64,000 bases of DNA. It comes from Octopus sinensis. Taxonomy: Eukaryota. Below, piece after piece: positions 13,668 through 27,059 of the stretch (its first letter is position 1; each line of letters opens with the position of its first letter). The position numbers and the translations under genes are program-made. The notes below the pieces were generated by a model, which saw only the letters and a program-made list of their open reading frames with translations, had not been told where the DNA came from and did no database searches. Location of the stretch: the NCBI RefSeq assembly GCF_006345805.1, contig NC_043012.1, forward strand, positions 47,616,001 to 47,680,000. Reading direction: 5' to 3'.

Positions 13668-14063
13668 GTGTGTGTGTGTGTATGTATATATAATATACAT
13701 AATCATAATTTTTTTCCGGTGACAAATTGGGCAGAGTTGTTGATAAATCAAGTTGTGCATGCTGCGTAAAATGTCAGGTGAGCATTACTAATACTGATAT
13801 TGAAAGCAGGATACATCAAATTGAAAGGAAGCGAAATAACACCTAAAGGAAGAAAATCAATGAAGTAGATTGAAATATGACGTAAAAATTCAGAAATTAT
13901 ATATCCAACCGTGGTGTATGATATGAGAAAGATATAGAGAATAAGAAATGATATATAGAGTTTAAAAACGAAGGAGCAAAATGACAGGAATGAAATATTA
14001 AAGAAAGGATGAAAGAACAGAAGGTAGAAAGGCGAAATGAAAAGTGTAAACGAGAGAGAGAGG

Positions 14064-14098
<35 letters not shown>

Positions 14099-14350
14099 AA
14101 AAATAAAATTAACAAGACGTAAAGCAAAAATATTGGATTCATTACATAAAATATACAAATATATTCTATAAAAGGGGAAGAAATATGATTATTTCGATTT
14201 GTAGAAAACATTAAACACTCTCGAGGTTATGTCGTACATTGCATTAATATTTCATCAGTGTCCTTTTATTCCATTACATTTTCAGAGGTTATTTCCCTTT
14301 AATACCCAATCGAATCTTTCTTGTGTTCTTTTAATTTATATGGCCTGAAA

Positions 14351-14565
14351 GGGTGGCGAGCTGGAAAATCGTTAGCACGCTCGGCAAAAGTGCTAAACGA
14401 TATCTTGTCTCTCTTTAGGTTTTGAGTTCAAATGCCACTAACGTCGATTTTGCCTTTTACCCTATCAGGGTTGATAAAGTAAGTAAATATCAATTAAGCA
14501 CTGAGGTCGATGAGGCCGACTTACTCCCTCCCCCAAACTTACGGACCTAGTGACAACATTTGAAT
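14351..14565 (+). mobile_element. Degenerate tRNA-SINE family A
   Basis: GGTGGCGAGCTGGAAAATCGTTAGCACG...GAGTTCAAATGCC...GGGTTGATAAAGTAAG. Confidence 0.8.
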
Positions 14566-15399
14566 CGAATTCACACCTTCTCTTATTTATCATATTATTG
14601 TTTTATGTTGATGAAATCTTCAATCAAGCATTCTGTTCATATAAGCGTCATTGATTATGAAATTCTAACATTGATTTTCATTGCCTCACTGCTTCCTAGA
14701 AACTGAGTAAAAACCATGTCTTTGACGCTCGTATTACTTGGCGAACCTGTATTATCACGTACGGGCACATACACGTACACATATAGATGAGTCATTGAAG
14801 GAAGAAGGTGGTGCAATATAAGGTCGAAAGTGGAACGACATGGTCATTCCAAATTAGACCATTGTGGTGAATCGCTTCCATTTATCAGGCAGCTTTACCG
14901 CTTCCATATTTTCCGCCCTTCTCATTATGTAAGATTTTCTTTCGTAGCATTATATTTATCTCTTCCTGCCATAATTGTATCTTTACTCCACGTGCTGTAC
15001 ATATTCAAACGGCTTATAAATAAATTATTGAGAACAAAATATATATTATATTCATGAGTGTGTATATGTATACACGTAATACATAAAATGTATGTATATA
15101 TACATAAGACCATATAAATGCACACACAGAAATACATAGACACTCATATATATGCAGAAAGAGTGAAGATAGCGAGGTTGAGCGAAAGTCCTCTGAATCA
15201 TTATTGTTATTGTATTCTAGTCTTTCTCTGAGATGACATACAAAAGTTAGGTTGGGTACTACTGGAAAGTCAGTTGGCAGAAAGTAAACGGCATCCATAA
15301 TGAGGGGAGCTAGAATCCTGATTTGTATGATGGATCTTTTCCTTTCTTTAGACGAATCATAAAACAAAGCATGCCCACATGGATTGCTAAGAGATGAAG

Positions 15400-16350
15400 A
15401 GAACAATATCTCCAACAAGATGGATTTACTATTTCGACCCGAGCAAATGAAAATAGAACAATGTATAGATGATGCTTTAGTGGCAAGATTCTTACTTTCA
15501 AAATACCCACCAGGTCATAATGAAGTGCCTGGATAAAAGCAGACAATTCTAAAGCCTAGAATTACATCCGAGTGAGAGGCAAGAGAAGCATTGTCACGAC
15601 AGACTCTCGACATTATGATGAGTAGTTCGTCAGATCAAATGGCTTCTAGGGAAACAAGAGTGAATGGCAATTATTTGAATATGTGTGCCGAGTCCTCCAT
15701 ATAACATATAACGATGGTACTGATAACGGTCTGAACGGTATGAAAACGATCATCATTTGGTTTTCTAGATCCGGCTACATTCGTTCTCCTTCAAGTTGGT
15801 TGTAAGAAAAATTATCTTACAACAATCAGTAAAATATAACTGAAGGAGGGATTGGGGACTCATATGCAGCAGTTTATATAAGCCAGTTAAGAGTTACGAC
15901 AGGCATATAGTGAGATGTGAGATATTCTGACGAAGAAGTTGATCACTCTTTGCAGAACGGAAGGGCGCAGATGAAGGGAAATAAATAAGAATCCCTTTGG
16001 ATTTTCTGCGAAGTGCTCTCGCAACAAGAGAACCAGCAACTGCGAATACTCGCCTGAAAGAAAGGTTTTTATTCCCCAGAACGTGGACCACTCAGTAACA
16101 GAGGAAAAACTTAGCCAAAACAAAATCCAGCACGTCAAATGACTTAGGTTTGCCAGCACTTATTCAACGCTTGTGGTTGATGCTCTAAAGGATCTAGCCG
16201 ACGAATTGATGTATGCTTCGATATACATGAAAGACTGCATACAGCATTCACTGTTCCCTATATAAGGAAGCATGTTTAAGCAGGTGACAATCTGGTCGCG
16301 GAATGGACAAGCATTAAGAAACGAGAAGCGTGTCTGTGGTTCCCGTATCT
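15400..16350 (+). pseudogene. Decayed HERO-type (R2/NeSL group) non-LTR retrotransposon, region N-terminal to RT
   Basis: Translations across stops and frameshifts: KSEWQLFEYVCRVL...GMKTIIIWFSRSG, QQFI*AS*ELRQAYSEM*DILTKKLITLCRTEGRR, NPFGF; these match the recalled HERO pattern EW..F...MTTII...RFG / LRKKLMTLRRAE / NPFGF. Confidence 0.7.
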
Positions 16351-16499
16351 TACTACAGCAAAGATTCTCGTCTCGCTTAGTAATATATTGTTCATTTTCC
16401 CATAACTCTATAAAATGATCTTATCACACACACACACTCACACACACACACAAAAATCCATAGAAATACAAAGTTTAATGGCTTAAGATTACCGCATTA

Positions 16500-17800
16500 C
16501 ATCACTCGATCGCTATGGTATGAGGCTGGATGCAAATAGCTAGGAGAGCTTCAAGGCTATAAGAAATTGGAAAGAGAAATGAAAGAGAAAGCCATCAAAG
16601 AGTACAAAAGGAGAATTAGGAATGTAAATTAAATGGTGGAACATCACAAAAGCTATAAACAGATGGCAAAGCTTGTAGTGAGGAACTCTGCTCCCTTTCT
16701 GAAATGGACAAAGATTGAGATACAGAACTTAGAAGGAAGAAATAATAAGCTGTTAACAATGCACACCACACTCTTTCTATCTGCTTTATCTATCTGGCAA
16801 GAAGGGAAGTTGGTACAGGACTACTAAATGCGGAAAACACTGTTCGCACTGCGATGCTGGGTCTGGAAAATTATGTTGTTCAATATGCATAATACTTTTG
16901 GCAGGCAGATATACCCCAAAATGACAGAAACAGTAGAAAGATTCAAAGAGAAACGGAAGAACAACAGAATAAACAAATAGAATGAAATGGACTGCATAGG
17001 CAATTCACGCAACAAACCGAAAATTCCAGAAGTGAAACTTGCTAGCATTGGTTTACGGACGGAAACTTGAAACAAGAAGCAGAAACGTCAATTATCGCCG
17101 CTCAAGAACAAACCTTCACAAAAATTTGATAAAGGCAAAGATTGGCAACAAAACTCCTATAGCCGTTCAATGATTGAGAACTTCAGAATAAAAGAAGAAT
17201 ATGTGGAAAAGGAAACCGAAAGTGTCAGTCATCTCTTAAGAGTATGTAGTAAGCTAGCACAGGAATGAATGTAAGCTCAAGTATGGTGGCTTCGGTAAAA
17301 TAGTGCATTGTGATGATAATCGAGTGTGTTGAATTAAAGCGGCAGAAATGTGGAATAAACATGAGTCAAAGACTGTGATGATAAATAACAATTATACGAT
17401 TTTATTGGATTTCACTATAAAGACGGATCAAACCTTTGAAGCAAGGAGCCCAAATATGATTGTAAAGAACATAAGAATGGAACAGTAGAACATAACAGAC
17501 TTTGCAAATGCATGTCATAATAAAGTGGATACACAAGAATATGGGGGGTATTTTGAAACATCGGGGCTTGACCAGACAGATGGAAAACGTGTGGAGAAGG
17601 AAGGGGACAATTGCTTTTCAAAGTAATTGGAGTTCTAGGCACCACATCCAAATTGTTGCTTATGAGACGGCAGTATACTGGAATTGCGACACTGTTTTGA
17701 CCTGAGAGGAAAAGCGCCATCATATATTTTGCCATGATCCCAATAACCTCGAGACAACATCCTAGTTAACTAAAGTAGCATGTAATACTTTTATAATAAA
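16500..17800 (+). pseudogene. Decayed R4/Dong-clade retrotransposon, RT C-terminus to restriction-like endonuclease (RLE) domain
   Basis: LKWTKIEIQNLEGRNNKLLTMH, LKQEAETSIIAAQEQ, ETESVSHLLRVCSKLAQ, LDFTIKTDQTFEARSP, VIGVLG; many stops. Confidence 0.75.
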
Positions 17801-17814
17801 AAATGATGATGATC

Positions 17815-18230
17815 AATTTTAACACGAGCCCAGCAATTTTGGAGAAGAGGTAGGTCGATTACGTAAACCCTAGGGTTCAAGTGATATTTTATCAATCTCG
17901 AAACAATGAATGTCAAAGTCAATTTCGGCGAGATTTGAAGTCAAAACGTAACGAAATGCCACTAAACATCTTGTCTGATGTAAAAATTTCGCCAGATCAC
18001 TGCTTTAAATACCATCAATAACAATACATCCTTTTTTCCACTAAATTCAAGTCCACAAAATTTAATGCCCCCCCCCTCCCCGATCCTATTATTGCCTAAT
18101 TTTTATTTTATTCCCCAGAGAGGAGAATAGGGAAATAAATCTCGATGAGATTTGACCAAAGAATTACATGGCACATAACAAATTTCAAATTATTTAGTTC
18201 TACACTCAACCGATTCTGCTAATCCCTAAC
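17815..18230 (-). mobile_element. Two tandem degenerate SINE family A copies
   Basis: Reverse-complement matches to the family A core and head at about 17815-18006 and 18030-18230. Confidence 0.55.
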
Positions 18231-19074
18231 ATATTTATTGGCACCGGTTAGACAAATCAGCGTTTGATTGAAAATTTACCAGACACCGAATAAAGTATCA
18301 TACATCAACAACAATACTTTGTTAAATTTCTGTCAAATCAGATCGTTTTGCCGACAATAATGATGCAAGATGGAGTATTGTGGTCGTTATACGAAGTCTG
18401 TTAACATCCAGAAGACCGAAACTGAAATCAAATAGAATGATTACATGGCCTGGATATGTGCGTGACAATGTTTGGGATTGTAGCGTGAGCAAAGAGAGAG
18501 GCTTGCTCTAATATTCCCTTCGGTTTCTAAATATTGAGTTCAGTTCCTAACTATGCAATATAAATCATTATAGCCACAGAGTTTCTGCTAATAATTATGC
18601 TTAGAGAAGTGTATAACTCATCTCTCTTTATAATTGATGGTAAATGTGCGTGTTTTAACCACGTGAATCTTCATATCATTGCAAATATAGGTTATATGCA
18701 TATATGCACCACTACGCACATATTGACTCCCTCCGTATGGACACGCAATCCCACAATCTTTTAAACAAATATATATATGTGCATGTATTTATAGATATCT
18801 GTGCGTGTGTGTGTGTATGTGTTTCGGGCGGTTTAGCTGTAATTAGTGTATGTGTGTACCTCTGTATATGCATATGTAGATGCGTGTGTCTATGTTCGTA
18901 AGTATGCATTTACGTATCTATAAATATGCGATATAGGAGCGTATTTTCCTACATGCGTATGTATACATAAACAGATGAATCTGACACATAGTCCCATTAA
19001 TCTCTTTTTCTTTATCTCTCTATGTATTTATCACTACCTCAATCTGTGTGTGTCTTTCTTTCTACCGAATTACC

Positions 19075-19119
<45 letters not shown>

Positions 19120-19135
19120 TATATAATATATATAT

Positions 19136-19136
<1 letters not shown>

Positions 19137-19210
<74 letters not shown>

Positions 19211-19220
19211 GATAGATAGA
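19137..19220 (+). repeat. (GATA)n microsatellite
   Basis: Direct reading. Confidence 0.97.
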
Positions 19221-20563
19221 TATTTTATAATTACTCCTAAATATTGAAAATCTTTCGTGCAAGCTACACTACAAAATATATACACTACAAAAAATGTATA
19301 TATATATAATATACATAAACATATATGAATATTATACTTATATACACACACATATATATATATATATATATAATATATATATATATATATACATATAAAT
19401 ATATATATCTATAGATATATATAAATATTATGTGTATATATATACTCACACACACACACACATGTGTGTATATATATGCATGTATCTATCTATCTATATC
19501 TAATAAAATCATACTGCCAGATAAACGATACAAAGAGGTATTCATCAGTCCAATTTCCAAAATATCATTACTGTTGAGCTGGCGTGTGAAAGTCTTGAGA
19601 CACACGCATGCATACATATATACATACCCAGATATAGATAAGTAGACATTGATAGATAAATCTACCACAAACAAACACACATTTATACGTATGAATGTAT
19701 ACATATTTATGTTCATATATACACACATGCACACATCCAAACACACATTTGAATAGTCTCATGGATTGGTATGTTGGGATCATGATCACAGTTTGTTGGA
19801 ATCTATTCCTGGCACAGCTTCTCGGTTTTCCTAAAGAAGTGGGTTTCATTTCCTTTTGTTTCAATACTACTCGACTACAAATAAATACCAGCCAACTCCA
19901 AGTGACACATTCTCTATGTTCTGATGTTCTAACGTTACTAGGAAACCCTGCTCAAAACTAACACTGGCACAAAATAAGTTTGAAAAAGCACAGCACAAAC
20001 TACTTTTACTTACACATCCATACTACTCGTATGTTTTGCTTACTAACAAATCGCGTACAAAAGTATTTCAAATCAGAGATATAAAACTTCTTACGATTCT
20101 TGATGCATGCTTGAGATTATAATGTCTTCTAAGATACCAAGTGTTGTCACACACGCATTCAGGTCACCTAATGATTATTTTTCAATTTCGTCTTAGCTTA
20201 TTTCATGTTAAAAGATATCCTATGATGACATCAATAGTCTAAGCTTTGCTTTCATATGTCTTTCACTCATATAGGGTTTATTTGCGTTAGCATGTGCAAA
20301 GACAGAAATACTTTTTCAGAAGCTAAGGAAAGAGATATTGCCCGTAAATTCAATTCACTGTCTCCAATTGCAAATCAGATATTTATCTTTACTTGGTCAA
20401 TAAGTTATGCTTCTTCAATATTTTATAAAATAAAATTATTTTAAATAAAATAATTGTTTTAATGTGACGATACTTGGTGTTAACGAATATTGATGTGTAT
20501 GAGTGAGTGTTTGTGTGTATGTGTGTTTGTTTGTGTTTGTGTGTGTGTATGTGTGTGTGTGTG

Positions 20564-20594
<31 letters not shown>

Positions 20595-21181
20595 CGTAGA
20601 GAATATATTCTTGCTTGAAAACGTGTTCAGAAATACCATTGTTAGCACAGAACCCCCGCTGTTGGACTAATGGATGCAATTCCAGTCTATCAGTTCTCTT
20701 CACCACTTGACAGCAAGGGAGGCGACTAGTCTTACGATTGTATTCTTTCCGTGATTGCTTCGCACGCCTACTCACAAGTTTTTTCATGCCTGGAGCCTCA
20801 TGTACTTCAAGGTCTTCACTGTTATACGATAAGGAAAGCAAGGCTTTCTAGTCAGATCAGAGCCATTTCTGCTGATATGTTGCAAAAAAAAAAAAAAAAA
20901 AAAATCCCTAGTTCGAAATACATCCATTTTTCTAAAAGAGAACGATCTGAGCCGCCTATATTGTTTTAAAACTCTTTTGCATTAAATGTATATTTGTTCT
21001 CTACGACAATTTCTAAATAAAGCTTTTACAGTTTTAATTACCTCTCACGCAGATTTCAACTGCGTACTTCTTCGCACAGCCTCCCTTTAATATAAATGTG
21101 TACGCGTGTGTGTGTGTGTGTGTCTGTCTGTCTGTCTGTCTATGCGTGTGTGTGTGTCCGTGTGTGTGTGTGTCTGTGCGT

Positions 21182-21217
<36 letters not shown>

Positions 21218-21309
21218 GATAATAAGGTAAATTTCGAAAGCAGTATAGCTAAGAAATCAACCTAGAAACTTTGGTAAATATCCCTAGCAGACTGAGAATA
21301 AAGCTGTCA

Positions 21310-21370
21310 GCAGGCAGCTACAGGGAATCGAACACTGGATTTCTCAGATCTCGGCTGAACGCTCTGTATC
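21310..21370 (-). mobile_element. tRNA-derived fragment (SINE head / tRNA pseudogene 3' half)
   Basis: Minus strand AGAGCG TTCAG CCGAGAT CTGAG AAATC CAGTG TTCGATT CCCTG gives an anticodon arm and T arm; no acceptor stem. Confidence 0.45.
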
Positions 21371-21523
21371 TGACAGGTAGAGCATTCGACTTTCTATAGC
21401 CGCCTGCTCGCAAATTTTTTCTGACTTCTTACTCAATTTTCTAGCCTGTTTTTCACAAGTATACAGGTATAAATGTTCTTTATATTCGATAAAATACCAA
21501 CCCACTCGCCGCTTACCATTTTG

Positions 21524-21593
<70 letters not shown>

Positions 21594-21803
21594 GGTAAGA
21601 TATGACCGCGGATGTATCGTTATCGATTTTCTTTCTCCGTCTTCCCTTCCTTGGACTTTTCCTTTTCCCATGTTTCTGACGAAGTGCTCCGCTCGAAACG
21701 TTAAATCCTCCTTCTTTCTTCCTTTCCTGAGTGTCCAATAACACTATACTTGTTCCACGTCCTCGCGTTGTTGTGTTTTCTCTTTGTTCTTGTTTGGATT
21801 AAC
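21594..21803 (+). mobile_element. ~210-bp (TA)n-embedded non-coding element carrying a hammerhead motif
   Basis: (TA)n arrays on both sides; pyrimidine-rich body; HHR motif at 21673-21705. Confidence 0.75.
21673..21705 (+). ncRNA. Putative minimal type I hammerhead ribozyme with intact catalytic core
   Basis: UUU-CUGACGA-A-GUGC-UCC-GCUC-GAAA-C-GU-U-AAA: stem I UUU/AAA, core CUGANGA and GAAA, palindromic ACGU helix III, GUU cleavage triplet (cut after 21702); one U-U mismatch in stem II. Confidence 0.6.
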
Positions 21804-21806
21804 TAT

Positions 21807-21851
<45 letters not shown>

Positions 21852-22268
21852 TTACTCTACTCTTTTACCTTTTCCAGTCATTTGACTGTGACAATGCTGG
21901 AGCACTGCCTTTAGTGGAGCAAATCGACCCCAGGACTTATACTTTTTGAGCCTAGTACTTATTCTATCGGTCCCTTTTGCCGAACGACTAAGTTACGGCA
22001 GCGTAAACACACCACCATCAGTTGTCAAGCGATGTTGCGGAACAAACACAGACACACAAAAATATATACACATAAATATATATATAAATACATACACATA
22101 TACGACGGGCTTCTTTCAGTTACCGTCTACACACAATCCACTCACAAGACTTTGGTCGGCCCGAGGCTATAGTGGAAGACACTTGCCCAAGATACCACGC
22201 TGTGGGACTGAACACGGAACCGTGTGATTGGTAAGCAAGCTACTTACCACACTGACACTCCTACGCCT
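21852..22268 (-). mobile_element. tRNA-SINE family B, full length
   Basis: Minus strand head AGGCGTAGGAGTGTCAGTGTGGTAAGTAGCTTGC...GTTCAGTCCCAC, internal (TA/CA) tract, tail GACTGGAAAAGGTAAAAGAGTAGAGTAAA. Confidence 0.92.
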
Positions 22269-22330
22269 ATATTATATATATATATAATATATATATAAAT
22301 ATATATATATATATATGATATATTTAGAAG

Positions 22331-22367
<37 letters not shown>

Positions 22368-22449
22368 TATACATGTGTGTGTGTGTGTGTGTACATATGA
22401 GTGAGTGGACAAACGAAAGAAGGGCACAAATATACTAGGAGTTACATGT

Positions 22450-22830
22450 ATGGATAAAAACAGTTTGATTCAAATTCGTTGTTAGTCGTGATGTTAGTCG
22501 TCAGCCATTTTGAATGACAGAAGCCGAATGTTATTACCGTAAGGTGGTCTGAGGTTGATGTGTCGATGAATGTCACGCGGTGTCGTAATTTGATGTTGGT
22601 ATACAGATAACCGTTTGTTGGAAAATAGACAACATGTGGTTAGGAAATCGGTCAGGTTGTTGGTGGAAGTAGTAAGGGTTGTTGGGGGAAGTAGTAAGTA
22701 TATACTTCTGTATGTAGGTGTGTATACGCGCTCATATGGTTTTTCGTGCATGTGTGTAATGATTCGAGCATGCGCGTCTATACATGGCCGCCCAGGCGCA
22801 CGTCTGCATGCACACACGTTTGGACAAACT
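22450..22830 (+). mobile_element. Inverted, diverged copy of the PLE 5' region
   Basis: TGGATAAAAACAGTTTGATTCAAATTCGTTG...CAGCCATTTTGA aligns with the reverse complement of 24485-24856. Confidence 0.8.
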
Positions 22831-22924
22831 AGCACGCTCACACACATACACACGCGTACGCACACATGCATATATATACACACATACACATATGTGTAAT
22901 CATTCATATGTACATATGTATATT

Positions 22925-24854
22925 CGCATACATGTACGCATGCATGTGGGGCTTCAGCAGTTGCAGGCTGGGGTTGGGAGTGGTGTGGGTGCTTTTTTTA
23001 CGTCTGTTGATGCGTGCGATGTTACATGCGATATTTTCTAAGCAGGAGTAGCTCACCTTGACATTGCGTGAGGAGGAAGAGCATGTAATACTTACGGCCA
23101 CTGGGGAAGTGTTTCTCTATTAGCTACGTTGGTGAAGAGTTTTTGTTGAAACTGGGCTTATTCCATACAATTTTTCTTCTCCTAATCATTTTAGGTTGAG
23201 GAGAGGGTGTGTGGAGGTTGCCCACACACGTGAGCTTCTCAGTAAACTCGCTTCTAGCGAAAGCATCGTTGTAGTAGAGGACGGCTTTGTTAAAGATCTC
23301 ACTATTGGCCGACACTTTAAATATTCTCTTAACTAGTGCCAGGTACCAGGTTTCTAATTACCGCGGGGGTGGGGTGGATTTGAGCTCATGTGGATGTATA
23401 CTGTATCCTCGTTAGGCTTCATGTTCGAGTAATACTTGCCCGTACTCAGGTCTAAGATTACGCCCAAGAAATATATTGTAGTCAGGTTGGTGGTAACCGT
23501 TATGGATAGGCCAAACTCTTTCAACATTTCTGTCAAGTCCTCCCTGAACTTGTCCAAGGTGTGGCCGTTCATATGGCTTGAGATAGCCAGGCCGTCGTCC
23601 CTATACAGAGGGCCGACGTATGTGGCTTGGTACGTCTCTTGAGGGTATCTAAGATGTATAACCCGATGAGGTCGGAGATTTCACCCCTCTCTGCTCCCCA
23701 TAGAGACGTAGAACAGTGGGTCGCCTTATAATTTCGCCCAGAACGAATCGTTGAGAGCTAAATCAAACTTTCTGGAATTCATGATAATTCGGATGTCAAG
23801 GTCACTAATGCTGATGTATTGGTCAGTAAAAGTTAGGTCCTTCACAAGGAGTGGCTTAGATATGGAAGGGTAGAAGTCGACAATGTCGAACTGGGAGAAT
23901 ATACAGGATGATACCGCGGATCTAGTCGACCTCTGCTGCGCTGGAGTTCCATTGAATCAACGCTGCATCTCTTCTGATATCGGAGTTGATAATATCGAGA
24001 ATAGGTTTGCTAATAATACCTATCTCAGATTTAGAAGGGTCGATCAGCCTGCATTTGGCATTGAAGTGGAAGTTTATGGACTAACAGTGTAATATGGAGG
24101 GAGGGTCAGATTGCGAGGCAGTCCACGCGATCTTTTCCGTGTATCTCATTGTATATGGAATTACGGGTTTTGTTGTATGTTTTGTTGACGGCACTTTTAA
24201 GTCGTCTTGAGTGTGTGGAAGTGTTCATTTCGTAAATTTTCTTTATTTTGATTATGAGAGTGTGTATGTTGGGTGATATTTTAGTGCTGGTCATATAAGC
24301 GTTTAGGGATTTAAGGAAGGGGTTAGAATAATGCAGAATCCTTACCTTCGTTGCAGTGCTCCATAGGTCAGTCTCAAATTTCTCAAGGTCTTTCAAACGC
24401 AAGGAGCACTTTCGGGAATTGAAGCCGAAATTATTCTCATATGTAGTGGTGGATGGAATTTGTCCGTAGATGTAGTGATGGATGTGTGTGTGTGTGCAAA
24501 CGTGAGCCTGCGCGCCCATGAACAGATGCGCACGCTCTCATCAATATACACATGCACGCAAACCCATATAAGTGCATCTACATACCCACGTATAAAACTA
24601 TATACTTGCACATGCCGCCCTTTACTACTTCCCCTAACAACCTGATCGATTTTGTAATCGGCACGTTGTCTATTTCCAGTCCACGTGGTCCATTTCCTGC
24701 TTACCAGCTAACTGTTACGCATATACCACCATCAAACCACAACTCCGCTTGACCTTTCTCCACGATTTGTAGCTCACCTTATGGGTAATAACAATCAAAA
24801 TGGCTGACCACTAGCACCACGCACCAACGAATTTCAATCAAACTGTTTTGATCC

Positions 24855-24856
<2 letters not shown>
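22925..24856 (-). pseudogene. Penelope-like element: RT remnant, truncated at the start of the GIY-YIG region
   Basis: FNSRKC..LKDLEKFETDLW; QFDIVDFYPSISKPLL (~23860-23893); EISDLIGLYILD; LYRDDGLA (~23594-23605); ITVTTNLTTIYFLGV; RRRKIVWNKPSFNKN; NVKVSYSCLENI; CNC at ~22950; multiple frameshifts. Confidence 0.88.
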
Positions 24857-24925
<69 letters not shown>

Positions 24926-24930
24926 ATATA

Positions 24931-25137
24931 TTTTCTCTCCTTCTTTCTGTGTTTTTTTTTCTCTGTGTATCTTTCTGTTGAAGAGCGTAGGCTCGAAACG
25001 TTAAAGACTTGTTTTATTTATATTTCCTGAGCGCCATACTAATTCGATTGTTTGTTTGTATTCCACCTGCCTTCGTCTTTTGTTTATTTCCGTAAACCTG
25101 CCTTCGTCTTTTGTCTATTTTCATAAAGCTTCCCGTT
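24931..25137 (+). mobile_element. (TA)n-embedded short element with hammerhead motif (A6U variant)
   Basis: UCUUU-CUGUUGA-A-GAGC-GUAG-GCUC-GAAA-C-GU-U-AAAGA at 24970-25007; 5-bp stem I; (TA)n on both flanks. Confidence 0.72.
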
Positions 25138-25163
25138 ATATATATATATATATACATACATAC

Positions 25164-25231
<68 letters not shown>

Positions 25232-25261
25232 GTGTATATATTATATATATACATGTATACA

Positions 25262-25355
<94 letters not shown>

Positions 25356-26634
25356 TATAATAACAAAGAGTGAAATTAATTAATTAACTAATTCGGCATG
25401 AAAAAAGGACCATTTCATGCTAAAACTTTAAATTGACTTATGATGCTATCATTGTAACAGTGGCTAACAGCCACTATCAGTCACGCATGATACCGAAAAA
25501 TCCATATCATTCGCAATCATTCTTTCAAGAGGATCATAAGGAGTGATATTTACCTGGTTATGAATTCCTTTTGTCAGAGAATTACTACAAATGTTAGAAA
25601 GGGGAAATGCACTGCTCCATGCAAAGATACAAACATCTACAGGAAGTTTCTTAATAGTTCACCGTATTATTGCTGAAGTAACTGCTAGTGTGATATCTTA
25701 AATATACTTAAAGCCTTGAAGTATATTTAAATATTTTGAACGATAAAGGGACAAAATATTCCGTCAGCCAACAGCTACATTTCTAACTGTCGAAATATCT
25801 TTCACGTGTCATCACACTTTCTTCCGAATGAAAAGCTCATTCGATAAAATAGTGCTCTTTGATGTAATACCTGAGAGAAAACGATTGGGTTGTCACCACC
25901 AGAAGATATTTGAATGTATGCCTGTAAGGTCAGAGATAGATACGTTGAATGTGACCTCACCTCAACAAATTAATTAGTTATTTAAGACATTATATTGACC
26001 CATTTCTGTTCAAAGCAGATAGAATGATACAAAGAAACACGATGATTTTATATATATATACATTGTATACAATAAGCAAATTTCTGTTCGTATAATTCCA
26101 CGATAGCTTATCTCAAAGAAGAAGAATATTTTATTAACCACTTTGTAATATAATGACATAATCATTTGTATTAAATATATATACATATGAAAGGTAGAAT
26201 CTACTGATATATTCTCCATTCAGAAGGAACTGTACAACATAAGAAGCAAAATGAAGTCACTAAACACTCATTGCATTAATCTATGTAGACACTTAAATGG
26301 CGGTTTATATTATGGAAATGGTTTCTATAAAATGCTTATCTACAGTGTTATACGTAGAATTAAAATATTGGAGTCGTTTATTCTCATCATCTTCCTTTAA
26401 AAAAAACTGTCCGGTTTCATGTAATAAAACGCTCCAGTAAAAGTAATTTCTGTATAACTTTGGAGGTAGTAATATATTCGCCTGTTCAATTTTGCTTGTC
26501 TATCCGTTGATCCATACTGAAATTCATGCATAGATTCATTCATCAAAATATGCATACTGTCAGGTGCTTGATGTCCTGCTTCTATATTTTCAAATTAATT
26601 ACATATATGTATACATATACATACATACATACAT

Positions 26635-26702
<68 letters not shown>

Positions 26703-27059
26703 TGTGACTGATGTTTCTCTGTCCGTTACAGTTTCATGTTCATTAACTCCTCCTAAACCGTTTGTGCAGGTACAACGAAACTCAACCCAGCAACTTTTTT
26801 AATCCCAGGAAATGTTCTAAGGGTGTCTATTTTTTTTAAGGGCCGCCTAATTGGGGCCCCACTGTCCCTGCCACATTTTTCTGCATTTTAGATTAATTAC
26901 TTGGCATTGTCGACCAAATCGGAGCAATGACAATGAATTTCATACTAGGAAATCCGTAGGAGTATGGTAAAAAGGTTCAATTTCTGAAGGGCCCCTTAAA
27001 TGGAGTCCCACGCCCCCCTATTTTTACTGCATTTACCTCGCTTCTATGCTTATTGATTA

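Noticed and set aside
20389-20841. 150-aa minus-strand ORF
   Set aside because: The C-terminal half is (CA)n-derived and the N-terminal half has no recognisable family; only the small exon candidate is retained
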